Source of the DNA: Chiloscyllium plagiosum
Taxonomy: Eukaryota
DNA length: 62,876 bases
Direction of reading: 5' to 3'
Assembly (NCBI RefSeq): GCF_004010195.1
Contig: NC_057718.1
Location: 61,420,301-61,483,176 of the forward strand
Shown: positions 51,418 to 62,843 of the stretch, piece by piece
Layout of the letters: the number at the start of each line of letters is the position of its first letter
Position numbering within the stretch: the first letter of the stretch is position 1
Position numbers and translations under genes: made by a program
Notes under the pieces: generated by a model
Databases searched by the model: none
Told to the model about the DNA's origin: nothing
The model's input: the letters and a program-made list of their open reading frames with translations, nothing else

Positions 51418-52557
51418 AGATAGAACATAGAACAGTACAGCATAGGTAAGGGTTCTTTGGCCCACAATATTGTGCTGAATATGACTCCAAATTAAACTAA
51501 TCTCTTCTGCCTACCCTTATTCCATATCCCTCCATTCCTTGCATAATAATGTGCTTATCTCTAAGCCCTTTAAATGTCCCTATCATATCTGCCTTCGTCA
51601 CTACCAGTGGCAGTACATTCCAGGCACTTGCCACTTACTGCTTTAAAAAAAACTTGTCCCTCAGATCTGCTTTGAACTTTCACCCTCTCACCTTAAATGC
51701 ATGCCCCCGAATATTAAACACTTCAACTCTGGGAAAAAGATTTTGACTGTCAACCTCATCTATGCATCTTATAATTTTATAGACTTCTACCAAGTCTCCC
51801 CTCAGCTTCCACTGCTCCAGAGGAAATAAGCCTGTTTTTCCTATCCTCTCCTTATAGTTCAAACCCTCTAATCTTGGCAGCATCCCAATAAACCTCTTCT
51901 GCACCTTCTCCAATGCCTCCACACCCTTCCTGTAATGTGGCAACCAGAATTTAATGCAATATTGTAGGTGCAGCCTAACCAAAGTCTTATAAAGCTGCAA
52001 CATGACTAGTGTACTCCATTCTCCAACCAAAAAAGGGAAGCATGCCATACACGTCCTTTACCACCCTATCTACTTGTGTGGCCACTTTCAGGGAGCAATG
52101 GATTTGAACCATAAGGTCCCTCTGTATATCAATGCTGTTCAGGGTCTTGCCATTAACTATTTACTTTTCTGTAATATTTGATATCCCAAAGTGCAGCACA
52201 TCATACTTGTGTAGATTAATCTCCATCTCCTATTTCTCCACCCATATCTGCAACTGATCTGTATCTTACTGTATCCTTTGACAACCTTTTATACTATCCA
52301 CAACTCCACCAATCTTTGTATTATCTGTAAAATTACTAACCCCATCCAGCAACATTTTCATCCAAGTCATTTATATGTATCAGAAACAGCAGAGGTCCCA
52401 GTGGAACGCCACTAAACATGGACCTCCCTTTGCCATCTCTGGGCCAGCCAATTCTGAATCCACAGTGAAAGTCACCATGGATCCCATGCATCTTAATCTT
52501 CTGGATGAACTTACCATGAGGGACCTTGGCGAAAGCCTTACTCAAATCCATGTAGAC
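51418..52557 (-). mobile_element. 5'-truncated CR1 LINE
   Basis: MDLSKAFAKVPHG, LQLYKTLVR..YCIKFW; (tagaaca)n tail. Confidence 0.92.
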
Positions 52558-53267
52558 CTGGATAGGGGTCCGGTTTCACATCTTTTCCGGTTTCAGGGGA
52601 AGCTACTTGCAACCAGAAAAGATGCGAAACCTGCTGGTACTCCACCCACCTCCATCCAGGGCCCCAAACAGTCCTTCCAGGTGAGACAGAGTTCACCTGC
52701 CTCTCTTCCAACTGAGTTTACTGCATCAGGTGCTCCCAATGTAGTTTTGTCTACATCGGGGAGACCAAATGTAAACTTAGGGAATGGTTCACCGAGCATC
52801 TTAGCTAGGCCTGCAGGGGCCGACCGGACCTCCCTGTAACCACCCATTTTAATTCCTTTCCCCATCCCTTTCTGACATTACTATCCTTGGTCTTCTCCAT
52901 TGCCACAATGAACCAAACCACGAATTGGAGGAACACACCTCATCTTCCATCTGGGCCACCTACATTGAGTTCTCAATTTCAAATAACGTCCCTTCCCATC
53001 CTCTGACTCCCTTTCCAGCCCCTTCACCTCCCTTCCACTCCTTTCTGCCACCAACCGGATTCATTCCTCCCATTGACCAACCAGGTTATACCCTCTACCT
53101 GTCTTCACCTATCCCTACTTCACTACCCTACCCCCACCACTCCCTTTATCTGCACCTCCCCTTACATCCATCCCCAGTCCTGAAGAAGGGTTACACCCAA
53201 AACATTGACTTCTCCACCTCCTGATGCTGCCAGACTTGCTGTGTTCTTCCAGCCTCCTGCTTGTCAA
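52558..53267 (+). mobile_element. PLE 3' fragment (GIY-YIG plus HHR) with TSD
   Basis: VYCIRCSQC.FVYIGETK..L...F.EH; agtc-ctgaaga-a-gggt-tac-accc-aaaacatt-gact at 53176-53210; TSD ccatgtagac at 52548-52557 and 53268-53277. Confidence 0.88.
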
Positions 53268-53632
53268 CCATGTAGACATGGGAGGAATGATTGGGAAATT
53301 TGCATCAATACAAACATTGCCTGGATGGTTAATAGCAAAGAAATGACTGTCAACTAGAGGAAGAAAGGACATGAATAGGTTGACATGAAGAGGTTTCTTA
53401 CAGGAAGAGAGTTGGTTGAGTTGGCAGAAAAATAGCAAAAAGAAGTTGATCTGGAGGATGTGAGAGTGTGCTTTGCAGAGGGCAACCAAAATAATAAACA
53501 GGGGTTGAGAGGGGTTCAGGACTATTCTCCTTCAGAAGATGAATCTAAAGTAGAGAGACCAACTGGGTACTTCCCCAAAAACTAAACAAACATCAGTGAT
53601 GGTACTTACAGTACTGCAAGAAACACTTTGTC

Positions 53633-53973
53633 TTAATTTGTTCATGGGATGTGGTCATCACTGGCCAGGCCAATATTGATTGTCCATCCTTAATTCCAAG
53701 AGGGCAGTTGAGAGTCAACCACATTGCTGTGGAGTTGGAGTCACATTTAGGCCAGACCAGGTAAGGATGGCAATTTTTCTTCCCTAAAGGACATTACTGA
53801 ACCAAGTGGGTTTTTCCCAACAATTGGCAACAGCAAAGGTCATTTTTCGATTCCTAATTCCAAATTTTTATTGAATTCAAATTCCACCATCTATTGGGTT
53901 CCCAGGTCCCCAGGCCAATACCTAGGTCTCTGAGCTGACAGTCCAGTGATAATACCACTGGGCCATGCCTCCC
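53633..53973 (-). mobile_element. tRNA-derived SINE (~340 bp)
   Basis: Minus head gggaggcatggcccagtggta (A box); tail cacatcccatgaacaaattaa resembles the LINE tail at ~23900. Confidence 0.78.
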
Positions 53974-54376
53974 TTTGGTTTATTATTGGCTCTCAAACAC
54001 TTTGGGTTGAATATTATATTATTTTGGTGAAGTGCAAGTCACATTGAGTTGTATGGAGTTATTGTCATTGCAAGGCCCAGTGAGTTTCCTGACTGTATTT
54101 TAGCAAACTCACCTCATTAACCACCTATCACATCCCTATGGTATCTCTCACATCTGATTACCACCTAATCTTGCCATATGCCATTCCCAAAACAACTTGC
54201 CATTGAGCAGATATCCCAGAATTCATCTCCTTTGATATCTTTAAAAGGTATCAAAAGCTGCACTTGACCTACTTGGCCAGGAACACCTCAGTGAAAGCTA
54301 TCCCTCTTGCCTTGACTGAGGCCTGCTGACAACCATGACAAAGGCAAGACAGCGGTAATATAAGCCTGGTATCTCT

Positions 54377-55204
54377 TAGAACATGGAACATTACAGCGCA
54401 GTACAGGCCCTTCTGCCCTCAATTTTATGCCAACTTGTGGAACCAATCTGAAGCCTCTCTATCCTACACTATTCCATTTTCATCCACATGTTTATCCAAT
54501 GACCATATAAATGCCCTGAAACTTGTTGAGTCTACTATTCTTGCAAGCAGTGCGTTCTATGTCCCTACTACTTTCTGAGTAAAGAAACTATCTCTGATAT
54601 TTGTCCTATATCTACCACCCCTCAATTTATAGCTGTGTACCCTCATGATAGCCATCACCATCCAAGGAAAAAGGCACTCACTGTCCGACCTATCTAAACA
54701 TCTGATTATCTTGTATGTCTCAATTAAGTCACATCTCAACCTTCTTCTCTCTAACGAAAACAGCCTCAAATCCCTCAGCCTTTCCTCATAACACCTTCCC
54801 TGCATACCAGGCAACATCCTCGTAAATCTCCTCTGAATCTTTTCCAAAGCTTCCACATCCTTCCTATAATGCCATGACCAGAACTGTATGCAATACTCCG
54901 AGTGCAGCTGCACCAGAGTTTTGTATAGCTGCAGCATGACACCATGGTTCCGAAACTCAATCCCTCTACCAATAAAACCTAACACACTATATGCCTTCTT
55001 AACAACCCTATCAACTCAGGTGGCAACTTTCAGGGATCTATGTTCATGAACACCAAGATCTCTCTGCTCTTCTGCACCACCAAGAATCCTACCATTAGCT
55101 CAGTACTCTTTATTCCCCTTACTCCTTCCAAACTGAATCATCTCACACTTTTCTGCATTAAACTCCATTTGCCACCTCTCAGACCAGCTTTGCAACTTAT
55201 TTAT
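54377..55204 (-). mobile_element. 5'-truncated CR1 LINE
   Basis: WQMEFNAEKCE, LQLYKTLV, RRRLRCDLIETYKII. Confidence 0.93.
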
Positions 55205-55440
55205 TTTGTGGAAAAAGTGCTGCTGCAGCCAAAAATGGCTGTGGATATAAATTAGGAGGATGTCTGGAGACAAAGACCCACAGAATGTCACATGTATGGA
55301 TATGAAGGAATCTTCAATCAACAAGGTAAATCCAAACAGCCTGGACTATGGTCTCTTGTGATTACAGAGACAATGTGGACCTACAGCCCCCTGTTCAACA
55401 ACAAATCACTTCTTTTGTTCAACAATAGTTTTGGGCTATA

Positions 55441-55626
55441 ACCAGGTTATAGTCCAACAGCATTATTTGGAAGCAATAGCTTTTGGAACACTGCTCCTTC
55501 ATCAGGTAGTTGGTTGTCCGGTGCTCCGAAAGCTAGTGCTTCCAAATAATCCTGTTGGACTATAACCTGGTGCAGTATGATTTTTAACTTTGTACACTCC
55601 AGTCCAACATCGGCATCTCCAAATCA
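55441..55626. mobile_element. Mini palindromic PLE pLTR element with HHR remnants
   Basis: Inverted arms accaggttatagtccaacag / ctgttggactataacctggt, minus-strand HHR, 3' half of a plus-strand HHR (gctccgaaagctagtg), full tail; same family as 15606-16117. Confidence 0.88.
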
Positions 55627-56179
55627 CCACTTCCTTTGGATTGTGCCTCATACTGAAGTTAACGTGCCTGTGTAGGTCACAGTCGAATAACCATTCTTTA
55701 CTTACCTCATGTTGCAGGCAAAGACCCTCTTTCAAACGGAGTACTGGCAGCTAGTCAAGAGTAAACAGGACAACCAAATGACTCTCTCTCACCCTAATTG
55801 CTGAAATTCAATCTTGGTCAAAAGGAATCGGAACTATAGAATCTCAATCAATCTGTAAAACTAAGGATCGTGAAACTGACTATTCAGTTATGATGTCTGG
55901 TCTGCTGGTGACCAGCACTGCAACAGCCACAACATTCAACTATCCTCACTTCATTAACTATTTAGAGACTGATTTGATTACCTGTGTAACTTTTACTCTT
56001 TAGAACTCACTTCTTTTTTCTAAGCTGTGCATATATTAGCTGTGTTACTAATTTTTCTCATGTTTGAGGAATTAGTGAACTGCATTATTAATTATCCACA
56101 ATGGATGGGATTTATTTTTAAACTCACCTTATTGTAACCAAGTGAAGGGACAGGTGAGTAAAGAAGGAGAGTCAGATCA

Positions 56180-56277
56180 TAAACAAGAACAGAAATTTCT
56201 GGAAAAGCTCAGCAGGCCTGGCAGTATCTGTGGTGAGAAATTAGAGTTCACGTTTTGGGTTCAGTGGCCCTTCTTCA
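56180..56277 (-). mobile_element. ~100 bp ORF-less pLTR/HHR module with TSD
   Basis: Minus ctgaaga-a-gggcc-actg-aaccc-aaaacgtg; TSD gaaggagagt(c/t)agatca at 56163-56179 and 56278-56294. Confidence 0.78.
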
Positions 56278-56369
56278 GAAGGAGAGTTAGATCAGCCCTT
56301 CGCAGCCAGTAATTTCATCGTTTGGGGTATCTCGTTCAGAATTGAAATTATTTGGGGAATCTCATCAAG

Positions 56370-56720
56370 AAACAACATTCAGCTGATGTCCAACCAAGAG
56401 GGTTGTTGTAACAACCCAGAACTGTCAGGTTCATACAGGTCTAAGCCAGATTCTCTGTGAGCAGCCACAATGCTTTCATACTGCAGAAATACAACATCTC
56501 AAGTTTGTCACTCTGGAACCAGTTTTCAGGTCTGGCTGTTGGAGAACACTGCATAATCCCCTCAAATGTAATTGTTTGCACTTCAGAGCATCCTCACCAT
56601 TGTGCAACAGGCAGACAACAATATGAATCATATGGCAACCAGATGCGTCACTGATCATGCTCAAGGTGCCTGGATAGGCCTGGCGGTTTCCTTCAGTACT
56701 CCAATATCTCCAGGATATGC
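56370..56720 (+). pseudogene. Harbinger/PIF (HARBI1-like) DDE transposase relic
   Basis: NIQL, ARF..SSHNAFIL, WLL, N.NH.ATRCV, CLDRPGGFLQYS, colinear with the HARBI1-family C-terminus. Confidence 0.72.
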
Positions 56721-59049
56721 CCCAACACAGCAATGAGAACCAGAGGTACAGGAGGCTCAAAACGCTCATGCCTCTTCATCTAATGAGGATTTCAAAGACA
56801 AGGAAAAGGTAAGAAAGACGGGAAGATGGAGCCCCTAATTTCAGATAACTGATAATATTGCTGCTTATGGCTGTGCCCCTCAGGTATCCCAAATGTTTAG
56901 CTAGTCGTTCACATTGAATCAAAGGTAATTATCACAACTCCCACCTCGTCTTTCGTCACCATGACACAAAACAGTCCTGTCGCCAATCATCCACTAATCA
57001 CATGTATATCATCTGGCCTCAGTTAGTTCATGCCTTCACATTTATCATCAAGTAACTAAAAACCCAAGTTGGCACTCTGTGTGTAAAATCGCAGGGAAAG
57101 TGATGCAAATTAATATGTTATATGTGAATAGAGAAATTAAATAAACAAACACAATGTTATCATAAACACCCATGTGCCCCTGTAATCTGCTGCAGGCCAC
57201 TATATCCTGCAGTAAGTGCCAGATCCCTAACCACTAATGCAGAAGCTCCTAATCACAGGCATTTTCAATGCTGGAAGGTTGCCTACAATATGTCAATGAA
57301 ATAGATCCTGGAAATAAGTGGGAATAAACATACTAAAGATTGAGTGAAAGATTTTTCTGCATTGCCTGACCTTGTAGTCTAGCAGAAAACCTAGACAATT
57401 CAATGCTTTGAAGTATTTCTACCCTTTTATAAACAAAAACAGAAGTTAGCTGATGTAGATCCGGCCAGAGAACAATAACACAGTAGTAAGGAATGACCAG
57501 CTGTTCCACTGCATATGATGAGATTTATAAATTGTTTCAAGGTTTGTGTGTAAAGCATGATTTCTTCACATAAAACAAAGTTCTAACAGGACCTCCTTCT
57601 CAATTCTACATATCCATGAATAGTAGAGAAAAGAAGCTGGGAAACTCCACTTACTACACAATTAGGAGAAACATCCAAGTGGACCTGCTGGCTGGAATCT
57701 TTTGCCCTCCCTAATAGTATAGTTGGGAGTGATGATACAGGGAGCACAACGAGCAAATCCATACAGAGTTGCTTCAGGGTTCTCGGGCAGGAAAGGGGGT
57801 GAGGTCACAGGGGGAGACTTGATTGGGGAAGGTCTGGGAAATCACTCCCCATCCCTTGGTTCTGACCATCTTCCCCTGCAACACTGGCCCCATGGTCATC
57901 TCCCATCATCCCTCAGCTCTGGACCGGCTGGGCTCTAGTGACAACCCGAGACCTCAGGTGACCATTAACCTCCCCAGTGACCTTACCTTTCCAATGAGAT
58001 GCCAACGTCAGATTAGCCAGCAGCTCTCAGTGGGTGAAATTGTCCATCCTCAGAGTCCATGGCCTGATGGGAAGGCACTGTCAAATGCCTGAATGGAACA
58101 TAATGCAACAGGCTGACCCTAAAAGAGGCAACTCACGGCTTCCTACTGACTGTGGATCCAACTGCATAGACCCTGATCACCTTCACAGTTTTCCAGCTGT
58201 CCAGTATTAGTCTTTGGCTATTGCACTACAGCAAAGCACATGCTAGATGTCATCTCAAACCGAACACATAATATTAGCTGATTGAAAAGTATCTCCCTTT
58301 CCCATTGCTAACCATTGCGATATAATCCTAGGAATGTTTCCTCAGTCATTGATGGCATCTCTTCTTAAAGTTCGCCTTTTTGGATGTCTTGTTGTCTGAC
58401 ATAATTGAATAGCCAAATAATGTAACTGATGTTAATTGTATATTGAGTGACCTATACTTGTACTTTGACGGGAGGTGATATTTCCAAAAAATTAATGCTT
58501 GAAGAAAAGATAATGTAGTTTTATTAGCTACTGCTATGTTTGAAACTAATTGTTTTCTGTTCGTTATTTCAGCACAGAACCAGTCTTATAATCCTCTGGG
58601 ACTATGATTGCTTTACCTTTACCTTATAAAGCACTAGAGATATAGTTTTGGACCAGTTGCAGAGGTAATTCCAGTGCCCAAATCCATTTCATAACTGATC
58701 TGACTCTTATAAGAACGTTGACAATTGAAGAAACAATAGTTTTCAAGATGTCTTAATCTCAAGCAATTTATTTTGCACTTTGCAGTGAATTTTAAATGCA
58801 TCAGCCCATGAATCTGGGTGAGGGCAGAGATTAAATCTAGCAAAATTGTGTACTCCTTGGGAAATATCGCTCCCAATACTGCCTTCCAGATTTTACAGAT
58901 ACAGACAAAGGTTGGACAGTCAATCTCATCTCAGGAGGGAGTTTGATATTTTAAATACATTATTGAAGCTGACAGTCTCTGGTTTAAACCATTTTATAGG
59001 TTTTACAAAGACTGATCCCAGACCTCAGGAAACCTATATGAACTTACAC

Positions 59050-60300
59050 ACGTACAAATTAGGGGCAGCAATAGGCAATTCTGTTCTTCAAGTCTGTTCA
59101 ACCATTCAATGAGAACATGACGGATCTGTGTTTCAAATTCCACATTCCCATCAGAACACTATACATTGCAAATTTCACATTGCCCTTGACAACCTTTGAT
59201 TCCCTTATCTAGCAGGAATCCACCTCTGCCTTAAAAATATTTTGTGATCCCTACTTCCATTTCCTTATAGGGGAGATCCCCTCACTCCTGTCCTGCTTGG
59301 CTGACCAGTTCTAGACTGACCCACAAGAGGAAACATTTTTTCCAAGCCCCCCCTAGTCAAGCTTATTCAGGATCTTATACATTGCCATAGGTTCAACCTC
59401 TCACTCTTCTAAACTCCACTTTAAATAAAAAGCTCAACCTGCCCACTCTTTCCTCTTAACACAGTCTACACATTCTACATTTCAGTCTAGTAAACTGCTT
59501 CTGAGTTACCTCTAATGCATCCTTCCTTAAGGAGACCAAAACTGCATGGAATATTTGAGATGTGACTCACTCATGTCTGTATAAGTGAACCATAACGAAC
59601 TCACATTTATGTTCAATGCATTATATTCAGCATTTCAAGATGGTGCAAGAGCATGCCGACACTTTGAGTATAACACACAAAAAACACTTTTCACTGTATT
59701 TTTATATACATGTGACAATAAATATAAAACAAAATTCCTCTCATAATAAGGGATAACATTCTAATAACCTTTTTAATGACTTGTTGTGCCTGCACATCAA
59801 CTAATTGTGTGTCATTCATCAGAACACCAAGATCCCTCTGCACCTGAGATTCTAGCAGTCATTCTCCATTAGATATGGTCTTTGTTTTAATTCTTCCTGC
59901 CACTATGAACAATTTTACATTTTCAGACATTGCACTCTACTCACCACATTTGTGCCCACTGACTCAACCTCGTCCTTGATATGTCATCTTCACAACCTGT
60001 CCTATGTATCTTTGTGTTATTTGCAAATCTAGACACCGTGTCTTCAATACCCCATATAAGTCATTGGTATCAATCATAAAATGTTGAGGGAGCAAGCTAA
60101 CATCTTGATTCTAGATAACTCTTCATCAGAGCCGACTCAGCTCTGACGAAGTTGTCTGGACTTAAAAGGTTAGATTGTTCTCTCTCTGTGGATGCTTTCT
60201 AACCTGCTGTGATCTCCAGCAGTTGTTGTTTTCAGTATCGATTCCAGCATCTGCAGTAATTTGCACCTCCATAAAATGTTGAGGGCCTACACAGATCTCA
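59050..60300 (-). mobile_element. Old CR1 LINE fragment (interrupted)
   Basis: Antisense tail at 59060-59120, ggagaccaaaactgca (QFWSP), tttgcaaatct (FA). Confidence 0.75.
60091..60269. mobile_element. 179-bp ORF-less element with two back-to-back HHR motifs and a perfect 16-bp TSD
   Basis: TSD cataaaatgttgaggg at 60075-60090 and 60270-60285; minus gct-ctgatga..ttagc, plus gct-ctgacga..ttaga, then pLTR tail gattccagcatctgcagt. Confidence 0.82.
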
Positions 60301-60866
60301 GTAAGAATCCAGCAGCTAAAAATAATGCAAAGACAGTGTTGTGGAGAAAATGGATGCCTCTACAGTACTACTTATAGATCAGATGCATGGGTGTTTCCCC
60401 TATTCTCAAAGCTCCTTTGTTAAGACCCTCCAACCTCATGTCGTTTTGCAGTATAGTGGATTAGCACCGCCATTCCATATCAATTCCCCATCTCCTTAGG
60501 GTCAGACATTGAACCTAGGATCAGGCCTATCTGTATTTAATCACTGTACCAGGGCCTAAAATGGTAGATTGAAGCCCAAACCCATTCCTGAATCTGCATC
60601 AAGAAAGACCCTGTTGAAGTCAGAAATCAGAACACCCAGGATCAAGCTCCATGTGTTTGGACTTGCCCTAGGATAGGTACTTGGCTTTCAACCTAATTTA
60701 GGAATGGAAACCAACTCTTAGGAATAAACACCTCTTGCTCCCTGTGATTGGACCAACCATCAAATGCTTCTTGCTTCAGTGCTGCATTTGAGACAGGGGG
60801 ATTAACAAGGCTGAAAGATGCATGATATGGAGCACAGAAGGAAACCTAGACTTACTCAGTCAGTAA

Positions 60867-61221
60867 TTAGAATCATAGAAACTCTACAGTGCAGAAAGAG
60901 GTCATTCAGCCCATTTAGTCTGCACCAATCCATAGAAGAGAATCCCACACAGAAATAAACCCCACATTATCCCTGTAATTCCACATTTTCCATGGCTAAC
61001 CCATCTAACCTGCACACCCCTGGATACTACAGGGCAATTTAGCATAACCAATCCACCTAACCAACAGATCTTTGGACTGTGAAATGAAACTGGTGCACCC
61101 AGTGGAAATCCACAGAGATTTGGGGCGAATGTGTAAGCTCCACTCAGACAGCCACCCAAGGCTGGACTAGAATCCAGGTCACTGGTACTGTGAGGTAGCA
61201 GTGTTAACTACTGAGCCACCC
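60867..61221 (-). mobile_element. HE1-type V-SINE
   Basis: Head ggtggctcagtagttaacactgctacctcacag, V-domain, tail ending ctatgattcta. Confidence 0.85.
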
Positions 61222-61254
61222 AATAATACTAGCATGCCCAAATACATTTAAACT

Positions 61255-62843
61255 GCTATCATTAATGTTTCAAAAGTAACAATGAGAAGGATTTGAGGAA
61301 CTGGTATTAAATCGACATGGTACAGTTAGGGCAATTGAGAGTTACAAGTCAGCCAGGAAAGACCTAAAGAGAGATCTAAGACGAGCAAGGAGGGGACATG
61401 TTGGCAGATAGGATCAGAGAAAACCCTGATAGGTTATAAGTGATAAAAGAATGATGAGAGTAAGATTAGGGTCGAGAGTGTGATGCTGGAAAAGCACAGC
61501 AGGTCAGGCAGCATTCGAGGAGAATCGATGTTTCAGGCAAAAGCCCGTCATCGTGATAGGAATAATTTGATTAGGGACAGTCAACATCATTTTGTGAAGG
61601 GCAAGTCGTGCCTCATAAACCTGATTGAGTTCTTTGAGAAGGTGGCCAAACAGGTGGATGAGAGTCAAGATGTTGACGTGGTATACATGGATTTCATTAA
61701 GGCGTTTGATAAAACTCCCCATGGTAGGCTACTGCACAACATACGGAGGCATGGGATTGAGAGTGCTTTCGCAGTTTGGATCAGAAATTGGCTAGCCGAA
61801 AGAAGACGGGGGTGGTGGTTAATGGGAAATGCTCATCCTGGAGTTCAGTTACTAGTGGTGTAACTAGTGGTGAACTGTTTTGGGTCCAATACTGTTTGGC
61901 ATTTTTATAAATGATCTGAATGAGGGCGTAGAAGGATGGTTTAGTAAATTTGCGGACGATACTAAGATTGGTACAGTTGTGGACAGTGCTGAAGGATGTT
62001 GTAGGTTACAGAGGGACATACATAAGCTGCAGAGCTGAGCTGAGAGGTGGTAAATGGAATTTAATGCAGAGAAATGTGAGGTGATTCACTTTGGAAGGAC
62101 TAACAGGAATACAGAGTACTGGGTGAATGGTAAGATTCCTGGTAGTGTGGATGCGCAGAGAGATCTCTGTGTCCACGTACATAGTTCCCTCAAAGGTGCC
62201 ATCCATGTTAATCGGGTTGTTAAGAAGGCATATGGTGTGTTAGCTTTTATTGGTAAAAGGATTGAGTTTCGGAGCCACAAGGTCATGCTATAGCTGTACA
62301 AAACTCTAGTACAGCCACACTTGAAGTATTGCATAAAGTTCTGGTCATGGCATTGTAGGAAGGATGTGGAGATTTTGGAAGGGTTCAGAGGAGATTTACG
62401 AGGATGTTGCCTGGTATGGAGGGAAGGTGTTATGAGGAAAGGCTGAGGGATTTGAGGCTGTTTTTGTTAGAGAGAAGAAGGTTGAGACGTGACTTAATTG
62501 AGACATACAAGATAATCAGACGTTTAGATAGGTCGGACAGTGAGTGCCTTTTTCCTTGGATGGTGATGGCTATCATGAGGGTACACAGCTATAAATTGAG
62601 GGGTGGTAGATATAGGACAAATATCAGAGATAGTTTCTTTACTCAGAAAGTAGTAGGGACATAGAACGCACTGCTTGCAAGAATAGTAGACTCACCAAGT
62701 TTCATGGTATTTAAATGGTCATTGGATAAACATGTGGATGAAAATGGAATAGTGTAGGATAGAGAGGCTTCAGATTGGTTCCACAAGTTGGCATAAAATT
62801 GAGGGCAGAAGGGCCTGTACTGCGCTGTAATGTTCCATGTTCT
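61255..62843 (+). mobile_element. 5'-truncated CR1 LINE containing a minus-strand pLTR/HHR module at ~61472-61552
   Basis: SQHHFVKGKSCLINLIEFF, YMDFIKAFDK, KFADDTK, tail tgttccatgttcta. Confidence 0.93.
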
